Below, piece after piece: positions 39,172 to 52,704 of a DNA stretch of 64,000 nucleotides; positions within the stretch are counted from its first letter, which is position 1; the number at the start of each line of letters is the position of its first letter. The position numbers and the translations under genes are program-made. Origin of the DNA: Octopus vulgaris (lineage: Eukaryota). The notes below the pieces were generated by a model. The model was not told the origin of the DNA. It saw only the letters and a program-made list of their open reading frames with translations, and made no database searches. Where the stretch lies: assembly GCA_951406725.2 (NCBI GenBank), contig OX597816.1, positions 75,578,001 to 75,642,000 of the forward strand. The letters run 5' to 3'.

Positions 39172-39323
39172 ACTCGTTTGTAGAAGTACATAAATCTGGA
39201 AGAGAAGCACACTCTAAGATGTAGAGAAGTTAATATCATAGTGGGGTAGGTCGGTTTATGTGGGTTTCCCTGGGTGTCTCCCCATAAGGGGTTTAGCATT
39301 ACGGCGTATCTTCAGACCCCAAC

Positions 39324-39398
<75 letters not shown>

Positions 39399-40075
39399 CT
39401 AGCTTAAGGTGACCCGCTCTACGCGCGGGTGAGGGTGTGGTTGTTACTTTCTGTTTCTTATCGCCACATTCTCCCTCTTCCTTTCTCTCGGACTCTCCCT
39501 CGCTTTCTCTTACGCGTGCACGTAAAATCACAAAAATTATTCAAAATTACTTATAATTTTGTGAAATTTGATACTTTTTTCTGATATATTTTCACGGTTC
39601 ATGATACAAATGAAAGCTAAAATTTTGGCCTTTAACACAATGCCATTTTTATCCATGTCAGCCAAATAATGCAAACAGAAAAAATTAAATCTAAAAATAG
39701 GGCAAAAATGTACTCGTTGAAAATTTGAAAATTTTTACCTCCTATTCCGAAATCCCCCAAATTTTTACACCCACAATTAAAGGTAACCGCCTCTAGCCCC
39801 TGCAGCCACACGAAAAGCCACCATTATTCAAACAGTGCAACCTGTCTATCCCATAAAAGCCAATTTTTCTCATATTCCTCACCATGGCAACCAAACGGTA
39901 GCCCCGAGCGACTTGCAGCCCTCCTCACACCATTGCCCACCCCATTTTACACCTAGTGTAAATTTTGGCGCCAATCCAATCCCATCTACCGCCCCTTAAA
40001 CCGTTCCCACCCCAAAATGAAACAAATAACCAAGAAATCAAACAACTTTTTCGCATTTCAGCTTTATAGATATTG

Positions 40076-40076
<1 letters not shown>
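39399..40076 (-). mobile_element. Non-autonomous Helitron
   Basis: Minus strand starts A|TC...CTATAAAG and ends with hairpin ACCCGC-GCGTAGA-GCGGGT followed by CTAG|T; inserted in (TA)n with no TSD; a related 5' end lies at 40620-40716. Confidence 0.8.
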
Positions 40077-40137
<61 letters not shown>

Positions 40138-40732
40138 TATATATATGTACACACATTATATATATATTTATATACACACACACACATATATATATATATA
40201 AATTAATACAATATATCTGATTAATAATATCTGTTATGATTGTGCGGTGTTGGTGGGCGATAATAATTCACTGTTCTAAAAGACATGTGGCGGGAATATT
40301 TAAACTTTTGCGGCTGTCAACGCTTTCTCTCTATAGATACAGACAGACGTACAGTGAGAGAGCTGGCGGAAGAAAGAATGACAGAGACACGGCGAAGGTG
40401 GAGAGGGAATGAGAGTGGAAGGTGTCAAACGTCGTTATAGAGATATTGTGGAGGGAAGGAAAGAAAGAGAGAGATCGAAGAAGACAGGATTATATCCGAA
40501 AGATAGAGAAACGACAAACACTTGTTAAAGTGTGGGTTTTGTTGCCCTAGTAACCACAGCTTTTGAGATAGGGGTTTCTAACCTAGTCTAGTCGCTTCCT
40601 TGCCTCTTTTTACATGTCCCTGTAAATTTTGGCGCCAATCCGACCCCGTCTATCGGCCCTTAAACCGTTCCCATCCCAAAATGAGACAAACAATTTTTTC
40701 GCATTTCAGTTTTACATATATATATATATGGT

Positions 40733-40895
40733 GCAGGCGTGGCTGTATGTTAAGAAGCTTGCTTCCCGATCAGATGGTTCCGAGTTCAGTCTCACTGCGT
40801 GGCACTTTGCTTAGGTGTCTTCTACTATAGCCACGGGGCGACCAAAGCCTTTTGAGTGGATTTGGTTGACAGAAATTGAAAGAAGCCCATCGTAT
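40733..40895 (+). mobile_element. SINE family A, head half
   Basis: GCAGGCGTGGCTGTATGTTAAGAAGCTTGC...GAAAGAAGCCCATCGTATA. Confidence 0.75.
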
Positions 40896-40918
40896 ACATA
40901 CATACATACATACATACA

Positions 40919-41001
<83 letters not shown>

Positions 41002-41229
41002 TGACAATTATTCAGTAGCCATAATAAAACTCCGAGATTTTTTCAATGACCTAATAACTGATGAGAGGCTAGCGTGGGTTTCCGCCCCGACATCCGAAAC
41101 TCGGATTTTTATCATGGCTACCGAATAATTGTCACATATTATATTTACAGATAAATTTCTCTATTTACATAATATCGAGTTCTCTTTCATTCTTTTGTTG
41201 TCTTGCTATTTCTATCAATATATATATAC

Positions 41230-41301
<72 letters not shown>

Positions 41302-41476
41302 ATAAGATCGTTAATTTAAGTTAAATAATGATCTTATCAAGTGGCCAGCATGGAAATATAAGCCTTCAAATGTAATAATTATTATTAAAATTATAATTTA
41401 GGGTATCTATGAGATATCGCCATGCTGAAATTTTGGCTGCTATTTTCAGCATGGCGGTATCTTGTAGATACCCAAA

Positions 41477-41507
<31 letters not shown>

Positions 41508-41549
41508 AGGATTAACAATGGTTAAATTCATCGTCTGTGAGTATGAAAT

Positions 41550-41757
41550 TCCTCCTCATATCGCTGGAAATTTAAATCTTCACTACGGATTAATTCACCT
41601 TTTCTGTGAAGCTAATAAGCTTTTAAAAACCTGTGATAAGTCTGTGCATCATCCTCCTCATATCTCTGGAAATTTAAATCTACACTACGGATTAATTCAT
41701 CTTCTCTTTGAAACTAATAAGCTTTTAAGAATCTGTGATAAGACTGTGCATCATCAT
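41550..41757. repeat. Tandem duplication, two units of about 102 bp
   Basis: CCTCCTCATATC.CTGGAAATTTAAATCT.CACTACGGATTAATTCA...CTGTGCATCAT occurs twice. Confidence 0.85.
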
Positions 41758-41987
41758 TAAGGAACTTTGGAAATCTGTTTGCAACCTATATCTGCCTTTA
41801 ATGAAATTATCTCCAATATTTCATGAGTATAACTTCACCCACTAAGATGTTTGGAGAACTCATATGAATTTTAGCTGATGAGTACGGGACACTTTTATCT
41901 GCTGCAATTTTTGCAACTTGTAATAAAGCCTGTCTTTGTATGAAACAATTGTACTAAAAACTAATCCATTCTTGTTGCTTCTTTCTC

Positions 41988-42071
<84 letters not shown>

Positions 42072-42210
42072 CAGAGATGTACTTGCATAGCAAATGACCT
42101 GATCTGAGATCGTGTGCTGGAAAGAAAACGTTTGCAGTGTGGAAGATGTTTATAAGCCATTTAAGAAACACACAAAAACCGTTAGATTCACTTCAACATT
42201 TAAATTTAAT

Positions 42211-42259
42211 TTGTCACAATATTTTCGTCGCTTTGAGACCGCAACCTGTTCACTGATAA
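42211..42259 (-). ncRNA. Hammerhead-like motif, G3-C8 variant (this copy probably inactive)
   Basis: ttatca GTGAACA g gttgc-ggtctcaaa-gcgac GAAA atatt G tgacaa; position 17 is G. Confidence 0.45.
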
Positions 42260-42275
42260 AATTCCACGCTGCAAT

Positions 42276-42338
<63 letters not shown>

Positions 42339-42714
42339 GGATGTAGGTAAAAATGCCACAGAAGTAGGTCGAAGGCATTTCAATTGAGGAGGGAATAAAA
42401 AAGTTATACAAAGAAAATATTACCAGTTTCAGTCTATATAATCTTATCAAATATCAATAAAAATTTGAAGTAAATACAGTTGGTTTTCTCTCTGGCGGTC
42501 AAACCCTCAGACAGAAGATAAACTGTTTTTACTTAAAGTTTTATAAATTTTTACTGATATTTGATAAAATGATATTTTCTTTGTATAAGATTTTTATTAA
42601 ATTCCCTCTTCAGTTGAAATGTCTTACACTTCTATGCTATTTCCACTTACATCTTTTTAAATATAAAAATTTGATTTGTGTAGAACTCTAATCTTTATTC
42701 AACCTTTATATATA

Positions 42715-42776
<62 letters not shown>

Positions 42777-42796
42777 TGTTTACTCTGTTACTCTTT

Positions 42797-43166
42797 TACT
42801 TGTTTCAGTCATTTGACTGCGGCCATGCTGGAGCACCGCCTTTTAGTCGAGCAAATCGACCCCAGGACTTATTCTTTGTAAGCCCAGTACTTATTCTATT
42901 AGTCTCTTTTGCTGAACCGCTAAGTTACGGGGACGTAAACACACCAGCATCGGTTGTCAAGCAATGGTGGGGGGACAAACACAGACACGCAAACATATAC
43001 ACACATACATATACATACATATATACGACGGGCTTCTTCCAGTTTCCGTCTACCAAATCCACTCACAAGGCATTGGTCGGCCCGAGGCTATAGTAGAAGA
43101 CACTTGCCCAAGGTGCCACGCAGTGGGAATGAACCCGGAACCATGTGGTTGGTTAGCAAGCTACTT
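42797..43166 (-). mobile_element. SINE family A, downstream part of the copy split by two Tx1-type insertions
   Basis: Family A sequence stops abruptly at GGTTAGCAAGCTACTT; the missing head appears at 50098-50130. Confidence 0.9.
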
Positions 43167-43399
43167 TATTTCATATAATTTGCCATTTAGGCATTTACAA
43201 AGAGGGGACAAACAAGGACAGACAAATATAAAGAGTGAAGTAGCTTAACACAGTTAAAATTTTCGAATGAAATTACGGATAAGATTATAAACAATGAATT
43301 TTACGAAGACAATGTTTAAAAATATTACTTAATGATCATGTCGAAGGACGGACACCCAGCCATCCGGGTAGAACCTTTACTTTTTGATCCGGTCACACT

Positions 43400-46300
43400 T
43401 ACCTGGTGCCAAACATACCCAGCTTGCATGCCACAGGCTTCCATCTTTTCACAAACATATCTCGTGACAGACACCTCTTCTCCAGCCTGATTTAGCTACT
43501 GAGGTGGTAACTAAAAAGGTTAATCAACCCCTGGCCGGAGACAAAGGTGCCTGTCACTATACCTTTCGTACGCGTCTCCCATACTGTTTCTTTCAGTATG
43601 GCTACTACACAGAAAAAAACAAGCCTTTCTTTCCCTGTTAAGGAAAGGAGGCGGCACAATCTCGATGATAGACTCAGCTGATAGCTGTACTCTTCCCATC
43701 ACTGACAACAGTTGTTCGGCAAAAGCTATCAGTCCCGATAACTCCGGACACTTCACGAATGCGTGCAAGACGGTTTCCCTATCCTGCTCACATCGCGGGC
43801 ATGTCGGCGAGATGGCACTTCCGTGCCTTGACAGCTTGTCGCGAACAGGTAAAGCCGCACAGAAACACTGCCAGGTAATTATCCAGATACCTCGGCCCGA
43901 AATCCTCCGGAACAGGTTGGCTAACTGATTTTCATCGTAGCCCAGGGTCTCCCCCAAGGCGTCTTCGGACTTAACCTCCACTAACCCGCTATAGAAATCC
44001 GTGGTGGAACTCCTGTTGCCGGCGTTGCCCACCCGAGAGAGTAGCTGGAGCGCCTGACGGCACTCCAAATGCCATTCACCCAGTTTAGGTCTCCGCTTGA
44101 TCCATGCACCAATGTCCGTTAGGGATGTTAACTGGGGAAGGTAGAACCGGACGTGCGGTGACCACACCTGCTCTCCATCCAGGTAAAGCCAGAGGTGCCT
44201 CAACCTGAACGCGAGTTTTCGCATCCTCAGCTAAGGCATCCCTAGCCCACCCTTTAGCGGTTTCTGGCAGCAGACAGAGCGCTTTACAAGTGGCTTTCCT
44301 CCTTTCCACAAAAAGCGGAAAAGGATTCTCTCCAACTTGTTCATCCACAAATCGGGGCAAAGCACCACGGTCAGACGGTAGGTGATTACTGATGCTATAA
44401 ACATCTGCACCACCTCCGCCTTCCCTAGCAGGGATAACGCCCGCCCAGACCAGGTCTGGGTTAGAGCGGTCACCTTGCTGGCCACCTCACTCCAATTTTT
44501 CTCAATCTGGAGGTCTGGCCCGAACCAGACTCCGAGCAGCTTAACAGGACCTTCCGTCCAACGCCCTACGACGTTATTGGACGGCATCGGCTTGCCCCTC
44601 CAGGTGCCGAGTTGCAAACCGACCGACTTGTCCTTGTTAACCTTTGCTCCTGCCACCGCCTCGTAGCTTTTGATGGCCTCTTCCACCACTGGAAGCTGGC
44701 CTTCGTCTGCCACGGTGATGGAGGTGTCATCCGCATACGCCGTAGCTCATCTTCCACACCATAGATCATGCGGCGCGCCCCCTAGTGCCTCCAACTTCCG
44801 CAGCAAAGGCTCAAGACCCAATACGTATAGGAGCGAGGACAGGGGACACCCCTGACGAACTGAACGCTCGATCCTGAACGGCTTCGAAAAGAAACCGTTC
44901 ACCTTGACTACAGACTCGATGTCGCTATACAAAGCAGCGATCCAACCTCGAAAGGTCGGGCCTAGGCCAGCCTCTCCGAGGACCGCCGCCAAGTACCGAT
45001 GGTCGACCCTATGAAATGCTTTGGACTGGTCTAAATGTACCAGTGCTCCCCCTGCGCCAGAAAGCTCCCCCACCCTCTCTAAGGAGTAGCGTATAAGGTG
45101 GAGATTATCGTGGATCGTTCTGGGGATAGCGCACGTTTGCGCTTCCCCGACAAGTTTGTCCACGACCCGCGCAAACCTTTTTGCTAGCACCTTGGCCAGA
45201 ATCTTTAACTCTGTGTTCAACAGAGTTATGGGCCTGAAGTTCCCTATCTCGCCCCCCTTGCTCGGGTTCTTCCTGATCAACGTCACAACACCCCGGCTCG
45301 CAGACTTGGGAATTCTCCCATTCTGCTGCCAGTTGGCGTAGACGCTAGCCAGCAGGTGCCCGAACAAGTCTGGCATACTTTTATAAAATTCATAGGGCAG
45401 ACCATCGAGACCCGGCGACTTCTCCCCGGGGCACTTGCCCAACACCTCGATTACTTCCTCGGCTGTGATTGGCCCTTCACAGCACTCAGCCTCTCGTATC
45501 GAGAGACGCGGGTCACCAGACAGGAAGTCCCTAAGGGCCTCACCATGATCCAGCGTCCCGCACCTCCCGAACAACTTGGCGAAGTGCTTGTGAAGTGCCT
45601 CACACATCTCGTCTCGCTTCTTGACCGTGCATCCGTTTTCATCAACAAGAGACCCAATTGTGGCATCGTTGCCACGCTGTGTTTCTATCGTACGGGCCCA
45701 TCCGGCAACATTAATTCCATCACGGCCCAATGCTCGTACTTTAACCCGAACTCTACATCCCTCATGTTTGGTTTTGAGGTGACGGTCTAATGCCGTTCTC
45801 GCCGCTAAAATGTGAGATGCAGAGCCCAACCTCAACGCCTCCTCCAAGTTCTTAACTAGTTGCCCTTCTATTCTAGCCCTATCTAGTCTTAGTTGTTTAC
45901 TAAATCTAATGGACTCGAATCGAATGGGTCTTTTGAGGGCGAACAACCACCGGTTATTAACCACGGCTCCGGTTAACGCCCTCTGCACTAACTCCTTAAT
46001 CCGGCTACGGTATGCCGCGCGAGTCAAAATAGACTTGTTCAGCTTCCAGTAGCCGGTTCCTATCTTAAGTGTGCTACCTACGTCCAGTTTACACTTGACC
46101 ATTCTATGGTCAGTATAGGGCACCTGGACGAGCTGTGGACAACTAAAACTAGACTTATCTCTAGTTCTTATCACTATCCTGTCTAGATAAGACTTGAACC
46201 TTCCGTCACCACTCATCCAGGTGCACTCTGGGACGTTCGGATGGTCAAATCTGTAACGATCTGCCAGCTGAAACCGCTTAAGCAGATCCACGAGACGTGA

Positions 46301-46783
46301 GTTCACTTTCCTATAGATCGAGCCAACGCTATCGATGTGTACGTCAACGATAGCATTAAAGTCCCCTAATATCACTAAAGTCTTCGACGTCACGAGAACG
46401 CCCTCTAGGCGCCGATAAAAATCAGTTTGGAAACCTCTAGCACAAGATGCATAGAGTCCGATCAACCTGAAGGCCTTACTGCTGTATGTCACATCAAGGA
46501 CGACCAGCCCACCTTCTGGGTCCACATAGACTGTACTTGTCTGCAGAGTCAAGTCTTTACGGATCAGTACCACTACACCCTCTCTCCCTCCGGTCTGGCC
46601 AGGAGACATGATTTTCTCGTAGCCATTCAGGAGAGGTGAGAAGGTTTGTAGGCTGTCCAGCTTGGTCTCTGTAGCAACCATCACATGTATATCATGTGAT
46701 CTGAGGTCGTCGAGGAAACAAGCCTGCTTCCACTTCGAACTCAGACCACGCACATTTAAACAACCAAGGTTAAGAGAAGCCAT
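43400..46783 (-). pseudogene. ORF2: APE endonuclease, reverse transcriptase and C-terminal zinc finger, with several frameshifts
   Basis: LNVRGL, ILGDFNA, SYLDRI, TDH, GYWKLN, KSPGLDGLPYEFY, NFRPITLLN, RQGCPLS, AYADD (about 44725-44740), CPRCEQDRETVLHAFVKC. Confidence 0.92.
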
Positions 46784-46800
46784 TACAAAAAGTAAAAGTT

Positions 46801-48247
46801 CTACTTACATTTCGTTGGAGAGGTTGGGGCTGACCTCACCACACATTTGTGGGCCCCTTCTTTCTCCTCCTTTTTCAGATAGTCCGGCAAGTTCGCGATA
46901 CGCCGGATGGCGTTTGGGTGTCTGTCTTTTAATTGTTTGAACGTTGTTTCCGCAATCCACGCATATCTTTCGTTTCGATCTTTGTGTTTGTTGTACAGTC
47001 TTGCTGTGTGATGCGGAACCACAATATCGTTTATATATTTGTTTTGTGTATCATATTCAATTAATATGAGTTCATTTTTTTTGTCTTCTTTTTCTGGGCC
47101 AGTTGGGCGGGATTTTTTTTTTTGGTGTCTGTGGTGTGTCTTTGTTTTTATTATTTTTTGTAGGGGATGTGGACGGGGATGATGCACGAATTCTTTTACG
47201 AATTGTTGTAAATCCCCCCTCTGATACCTCCATGGTATCGTCTGGGGTAGCAATATTTTGTTCAGTAGGCGCCGCAGTTTTTAAGGGGGTGGGAGGTTTT
47301 AATAATGTAGGGGTTTGTGAGTGCAAGGGCTGGGTTTTTTTGTCAGTTTGTTTTGGGGTTGGCACCGTAACAGCAGGAGTGGGACTTTTTGTTTTTGTAA
47401 GGGTAGGTGAGTTTGCAAGGGTAGGGATTTTTTTATTATCTGAGGGGCCTGGTGTCTGCGGTTTCTTTTGCTTGTCTGGACGGTCTACACGAATGTGGCC
47501 CTTTTTGCCGCAGGCGTAACAGGTGGGTTTTCGGCCTTCGACCTGTACCCTGAGGGCCACATTCTCGCCCACGAGCACCCTCTCAGAAAGGAGCTGCAGG
47601 TCCTCTTGTGTTCCTTGAATTATTATATTAATGTCTCGCCCAAGCCAATATTGAGGGGCAGAGCATGTTACCTGTAATATTTTAATTTTTTCCGTCCTTT
47701 TATATAACAGGGCGGCCACTACCTCTACCGGATCTACTTCCGGCGGTGCTTCTGCAATCTTGACCCGGGACGTCCTGCGTCCCCTATAGGTTGGCAGAAG
47801 TACCACCTCCTTGGTTTTTAGGGGATTCACAGAATGCTCGCGGGCCACCTCTTCCTCCGAGAAGCGGACCTTCACAGTGCCATATGCCCGTCCCCTGGCG
47901 ACGTACACAATGTCCTTTCAAATCGGGGACAGGCATTTCTCGATAGTATTCTTTTCAAAGTGTTTGAACCTTCTGCTTTGTGGACAGAAGGTTTTAAACA
48001 CTACGGTCCGCTTCTCGATCTCCACGATACTGGCGGAGGGTGATATTTTAACATCACCGCCCTCCTCTTTCATTCTTTTAAATAGCTCGACGAGCTGATT
48101 GACATTGATGTCAATGTTCTCGGTTGCCACTGCGGCTACCGCAGAAATTTTTTTACTACAGTTATCAACATTGCTCTCCTCAAGAGCACTATTTTCGTGA
48201 ATAATCTCAACAGACATTATTCTGTTGATATTAGTAATAGACAACAA
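46801..48247 (-). pseudogene. ORF1: gag-like nucleic-acid-binding protein with zinc knuckle
   Basis: In-frame stop at 47918 and a frameshift in a homopolymer near 47110; knuckle CYACGKKGHIRVD(R); P/T/K-rich tail. Confidence 0.85.
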
Positions 48248-48659
48248 AAAAATTACAAATATTAGTTTCCCACAAAAATGGGAAACCTATAAAAAGTTTT
48301 TCTTCCAAAGCAGTTCAATGAGTGGTAAAAAGCAGTTCAAAAATTTCAATTCCCACCCCCATTCAGGGGAGGGGCACGAAAATAGTCTGGCAAGACTATA
48401 TACAGTCACGTAGATAAAAAGTCACAATGGCTAACAGTTCAACAGTAACAAATTATCCAATTATTCCTCGGTAAAACCGGGGAACAAGACAGTTCGACAA
48501 CGTTCAAAAACAAATTTTCAGTAGTAAAATTCAACAAGTTCCAGATGGTACGAAGTAATATTAACAACACAGCAAAACTCTTACTGGGAAGAAAACGCGT
48601 CCAAACCGTAGTAAGGTAAGCAAAGTCACTTTTCAGTCAGTGAGGTTAGCAAGCTACTT

Positions 48660-50097
48660 TATTTTATCCGATTTGCCATAAAGGCAGTACACAGATGGGA
48701 CAATACAACACATGTGGGGACATATAACAATTAAAAAATGAAATATGATATAATGAATGAACATGAAAATGCACATGAAGAACAAATTAAAATATGATAA
48801 TATGAATGATATCTGAAAATGATATTATGAAGAGTGTGCTACTCACCCCACACTGAGTAACACAACTCGCTGTCTCTGGGTCCTGAGTCCTTTTTCTCTT
48901 TTCGTTCAGTCCTGTCACTTGATGGTAACCTCTCCGTCATGCATTCATAACCTTTTTTTCCGGGAGGGGGGGTCTTCTAAATTTTGTGGTGTCTGTTCTT
49001 TTTTTTCTTTTTTTCTTGAGACGAAATGGTGTGGGTGGGTTTGGTGTCTGTATGTGGGTCTGAGTGGTCTTGGGTGGGATGGGGTTGGACTGGGGTGCCA
49101 CATCATAATCAGTGTCTTTTCTTTTTTTCTCTTTCTTCTTGTGCGCTCTGCAACTTTCCATTCCTCCTTTTCATCGCTTCCTTCGTCTATTTTTCTTTTC
49201 CCTCTCTTTTCTCTTCTGTCTCCGCAACCACATCCTCGGCCGTAGTCTTTCGTAGAGGGCAGTATGCTCTAATGTGGCCCTTTTGGCCACATTTAAAACA
49301 ACGTGGTACTCTGCCCTCTACCCACACCCTCAGCACGATTTCCCCCAGCGTCACAGTTTCTGCCAAGTTCTCAAGTTGTTCCTCCTCCGTCTGAATGATT
49401 AATTCGAGCGTCCTTCCTTTGCACCCTCCTTCTTCTGTTTCTGTGGCTTGGAGGACAGCCACCTTCTCCTCGCTTCCAACAAGGACAGCTGCCGCTACCC
49501 AAGCCCCTTCTACATCCGGCGGAATTGCTTCTACCCTCACTTTAGAAGTTTTTCTTCCAAGGTATTTGGGCAGAAGTACTACCTCCTCCGTTTTCACCAC
49601 CACACTTGCCAGCCTCATTGCCTCTTCAGCTGTCCTAAATTGGACGACCATTGTTCCGTATCTTTTTCCTTTTGTGATGTATGTGATTTCTTTTGACCTC
49701 TCTCTTAGCGCTCTTTCTGTATCCGCTTCCACCTGTTCAGCCCTTCTTCCTTTTAAAGAGAACACCTTATAGGTGATAGTCTTCCTTTCCATCTTCTCCA
49801 TAATTCCTTGGGGGGGGGGGGGGCGACAGTCTTACGTCCCCTCCCACCTTCTGTAGCATCTTGCCATGGTTTTTCATACCAGCCAAGTCCAGCTCCTTTC
49901 GTCTCTTCTCAGTGACCTCTGCAAAACTCCTGGTCTTTTCTAGCATACTGTCCATTGCTATGACCGCCCTCACGGGCTCCTCCTCTGAAGACAACTCAGA
50001 CCCGGTAAGGTCTGAGTACATTGTCTTACCGTAGCAACAACACCGACGTCCGACTCGCACACAAACGACAAACCAAATGCACTATGGGTAACCGGAT
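48660..50097 (-). mobile_element. ORF1-only (half-LINE-like) Tx1-related element of about 1.4 kb
   Basis: ORF1 50060-49187 (frameshift at the poly-G near 49810) with intact CFKCGQKGHIRAYC; no EN or RT; 3' end resembles that of the neighbouring element; target duplication GCAAGCTA(C/T)TT. Confidence 0.85.
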
Positions 50098-50242
<145 letters not shown>

Positions 50243-50247
50243 TAAAT

Positions 50248-50400
50248 TTTTTCCGTAATGAGATAAAAAACCAAGGCTGTGCTGATATATGACCTACGTT
50301 AGACCCCTTATTCATATAATCACTGAACATGGAACTCGACTATGGTCTATTTATAGCACTTATTCAACATTACCTGACACCTTTGGGTCTCACTGACACC
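50248..50400. mobile_element. Rearranged fragment of the 12770-13560 Penelope-type family
   Basis: CCGTAATGAGATAAAAAACCAAGGCTGTG is joined to the reverse complement of 12770-12892. Confidence 0.75.
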
Positions 50401-50418
50401 ATTTGGGTCTCATACACC

Positions 50419-50469
<51 letters not shown>

Positions 50470-52497
50470 TATTTTGCCTATACGGCTGTAGCTTGCGGCC
50501 ACAAGCATTAATATTTCACACGAGCATTAATGTTCTTTATTTATTTTTACGCATATATGTATATATATCTTAACGCTTGTTTTTATGCTTAGTTATAATA
50601 AAAGCAATTTTACATTAATCTGACTGTATGATTTTTGTAGAGTACAAATTTATTATTCTTAAACAAAAATATTTTTGACAGTGATTTTGAAGCTTCAACC
50701 AGTTAACTCATTATGTGTGTATGCCCACACACATACACACACACGCACACAATAGAATCTCTCGTCGAAGACGAGGTATGAGTGTTCGGTCTTTGCTGAA
50801 CGACCGACAAAAATGATTTGTTCTACAGTGATCAAGCGTATGTGTTCTACATTAGCCCAAGAAGGGAGCACACTGTAACAGTTGTTGGTGGGAACAGATT
50901 TCCAATAACAGCCACAAAGTAGTAGGGGGAAGCTAACATAGCAAATATCTTTAAAAATGGTTTGAATTGCGATAAGAAAAACCTGGTATGACGCAAAATA
51001 TATGACAGCTCAAAATATTTGGCAGGCCTGAACCGACCAATGTGCATCCTAGCACCTGGTGAACGAAGGTAAACTAAAGAAAGATAAGTGTGCGTATAGC
51101 TTTCACCGGTATACCTCAATGACAAAAAACCCGAAACAAGCACTTTAAGAACGAAGTCCATGGAGATATTTGTTCTGTGGTGAGTTACAAACACTCATTG
51201 TCACTTTCGCCGTCAAAAGTATAGTGATTGACAGGTCGGAAACTTGAAATAAACGATGCGATCCTATTGTTCATCAATTACGACATAAATACATAAGAAA
51301 AGCAAGACGTTAACCTAATTAGAGCCACATTATATTATTATGAAATAGGAAAAAAATGACATAAATGTCTCTCAAGTAAAGAAACTGTCTTCCAAATAAA
51401 TTAATACATAAACGTCGCGACATAGCTGGAATATATCTTAAGGAAAGTTTTGTAAATGGACAATAGAACCTTTTTGAAGTTCTGTACGTAAATTACAAAA
51501 TCGAAGTGGGCAGACGGTCAAAGTAATAAAATATAACTTACTGCTAGAAGTAATGGGAAAGTTGTAAAGGATGGGGATGTTTTAAAAAAAAAAAAAAAAC
51601 AGAAACAGAGAAATGAACGAGAGCACAGTAAAACAAAAATAAAACGAAACACCATGAAAATGTAAAAAGAGATGTGAGGAATATATATAAAAATTACAAC
51701 TTAAAAAACATCTTAGAAAGTGTGTGACAACTACTTGAAAACAAAACGCAGCTATCCCTTGAAAATCGAAGAATTGTAAGAAAGCAAATTAATTGATTAT
51801 CGATATTGAGGAGAAAAATGGCAAAACTGTCTCTGTGAAGCTTGACTTAAAACGAACGGCAGGTAGAAAGGTTTTGGTATCGTTATAGACCAAAATTTTG
51901 GGGTGAAATGTTTATTTCATGTGAATTGCATGTCTTTTGTGTTTAGTATTTCGAGCAAATAAGCTCTGTAGAAACATTTGACCCATTAATACAAAACATG
52001 ATATTATTTTCATGAGAAAAAAAAATGGTAATATAAACCACGAGGGATTTAAATTCAGAAGAAATCGTCGTTGAAATGTTTTTTTATTGTCATTGTCAGT
52101 ATGGAAGGCGAATGGCAGAATCGGTGCAGCACCAGACAAAAGAGTTTGTTGTATTTAATAACATCTCTTTACGTCTTAGTGGAAATTTAATAGGCACAGC
52201 GATAGTAGTTGTATCGAAGAGGTTTGCGTTGCAATTATATAATTTAAGGATCGATCCCATTGCAAGGTACCCATGAACATGTTTTCTTCTATCGCCTTGA
52301 ATCGAACAACACTTTGACTCACTTCTGCCAAATATCCACAATCATAAAATAGGCCGTAGTTATGATATCTCGTATTGGCACAGTGTCACATATTTTATGG
52401 GAAAGGTACACTCTATTAAATAAACTCCAATACTTGTTAATACTATTTTAGCGAGAATAAAAAATGTTGCATCTTATCCGACGCTCTACTGGTTCAA

Positions 52498-52662
52498 CAA
52501 CAACTACTACTACTACTACTGCTGCTGCTGGTACTGTTGCTGCTGCTGCTGGTACTGTTGCTGCTGCTGCTGGTACTGTTGCTGCTGCTGCTGGTACTGT
52601 TGCTGCTGCTGCTGGTACTGTTGCTGCTGCTGCTGGTACTGTTGCTGCTGCTGCTGCTACTG

Positions 52663-52703
<41 letters not shown>
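52498..52703. repeat. 21-bp tandem repeat (GCTGCTGCTGGTACTGTTGCT, about 6 copies) flanked by (CTA)n
   Basis: Direct reading. Confidence 0.9.

Positions 52704-52704
<1 letters not shown>

Larger units (their letters stand above)
43167..48643 (-). mobile_element. Near full-length Tx1/L1-clade non-LTR retrotransposon
   Basis: 5' UTR, ORF1, ORF2 (APE, RT, CCHC) and a 3' end at AATAAA; 16-bp TSD GGTTAGCAAGCTACTT at 43151-43166 and 48644-48659. Confidence 0.92.
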
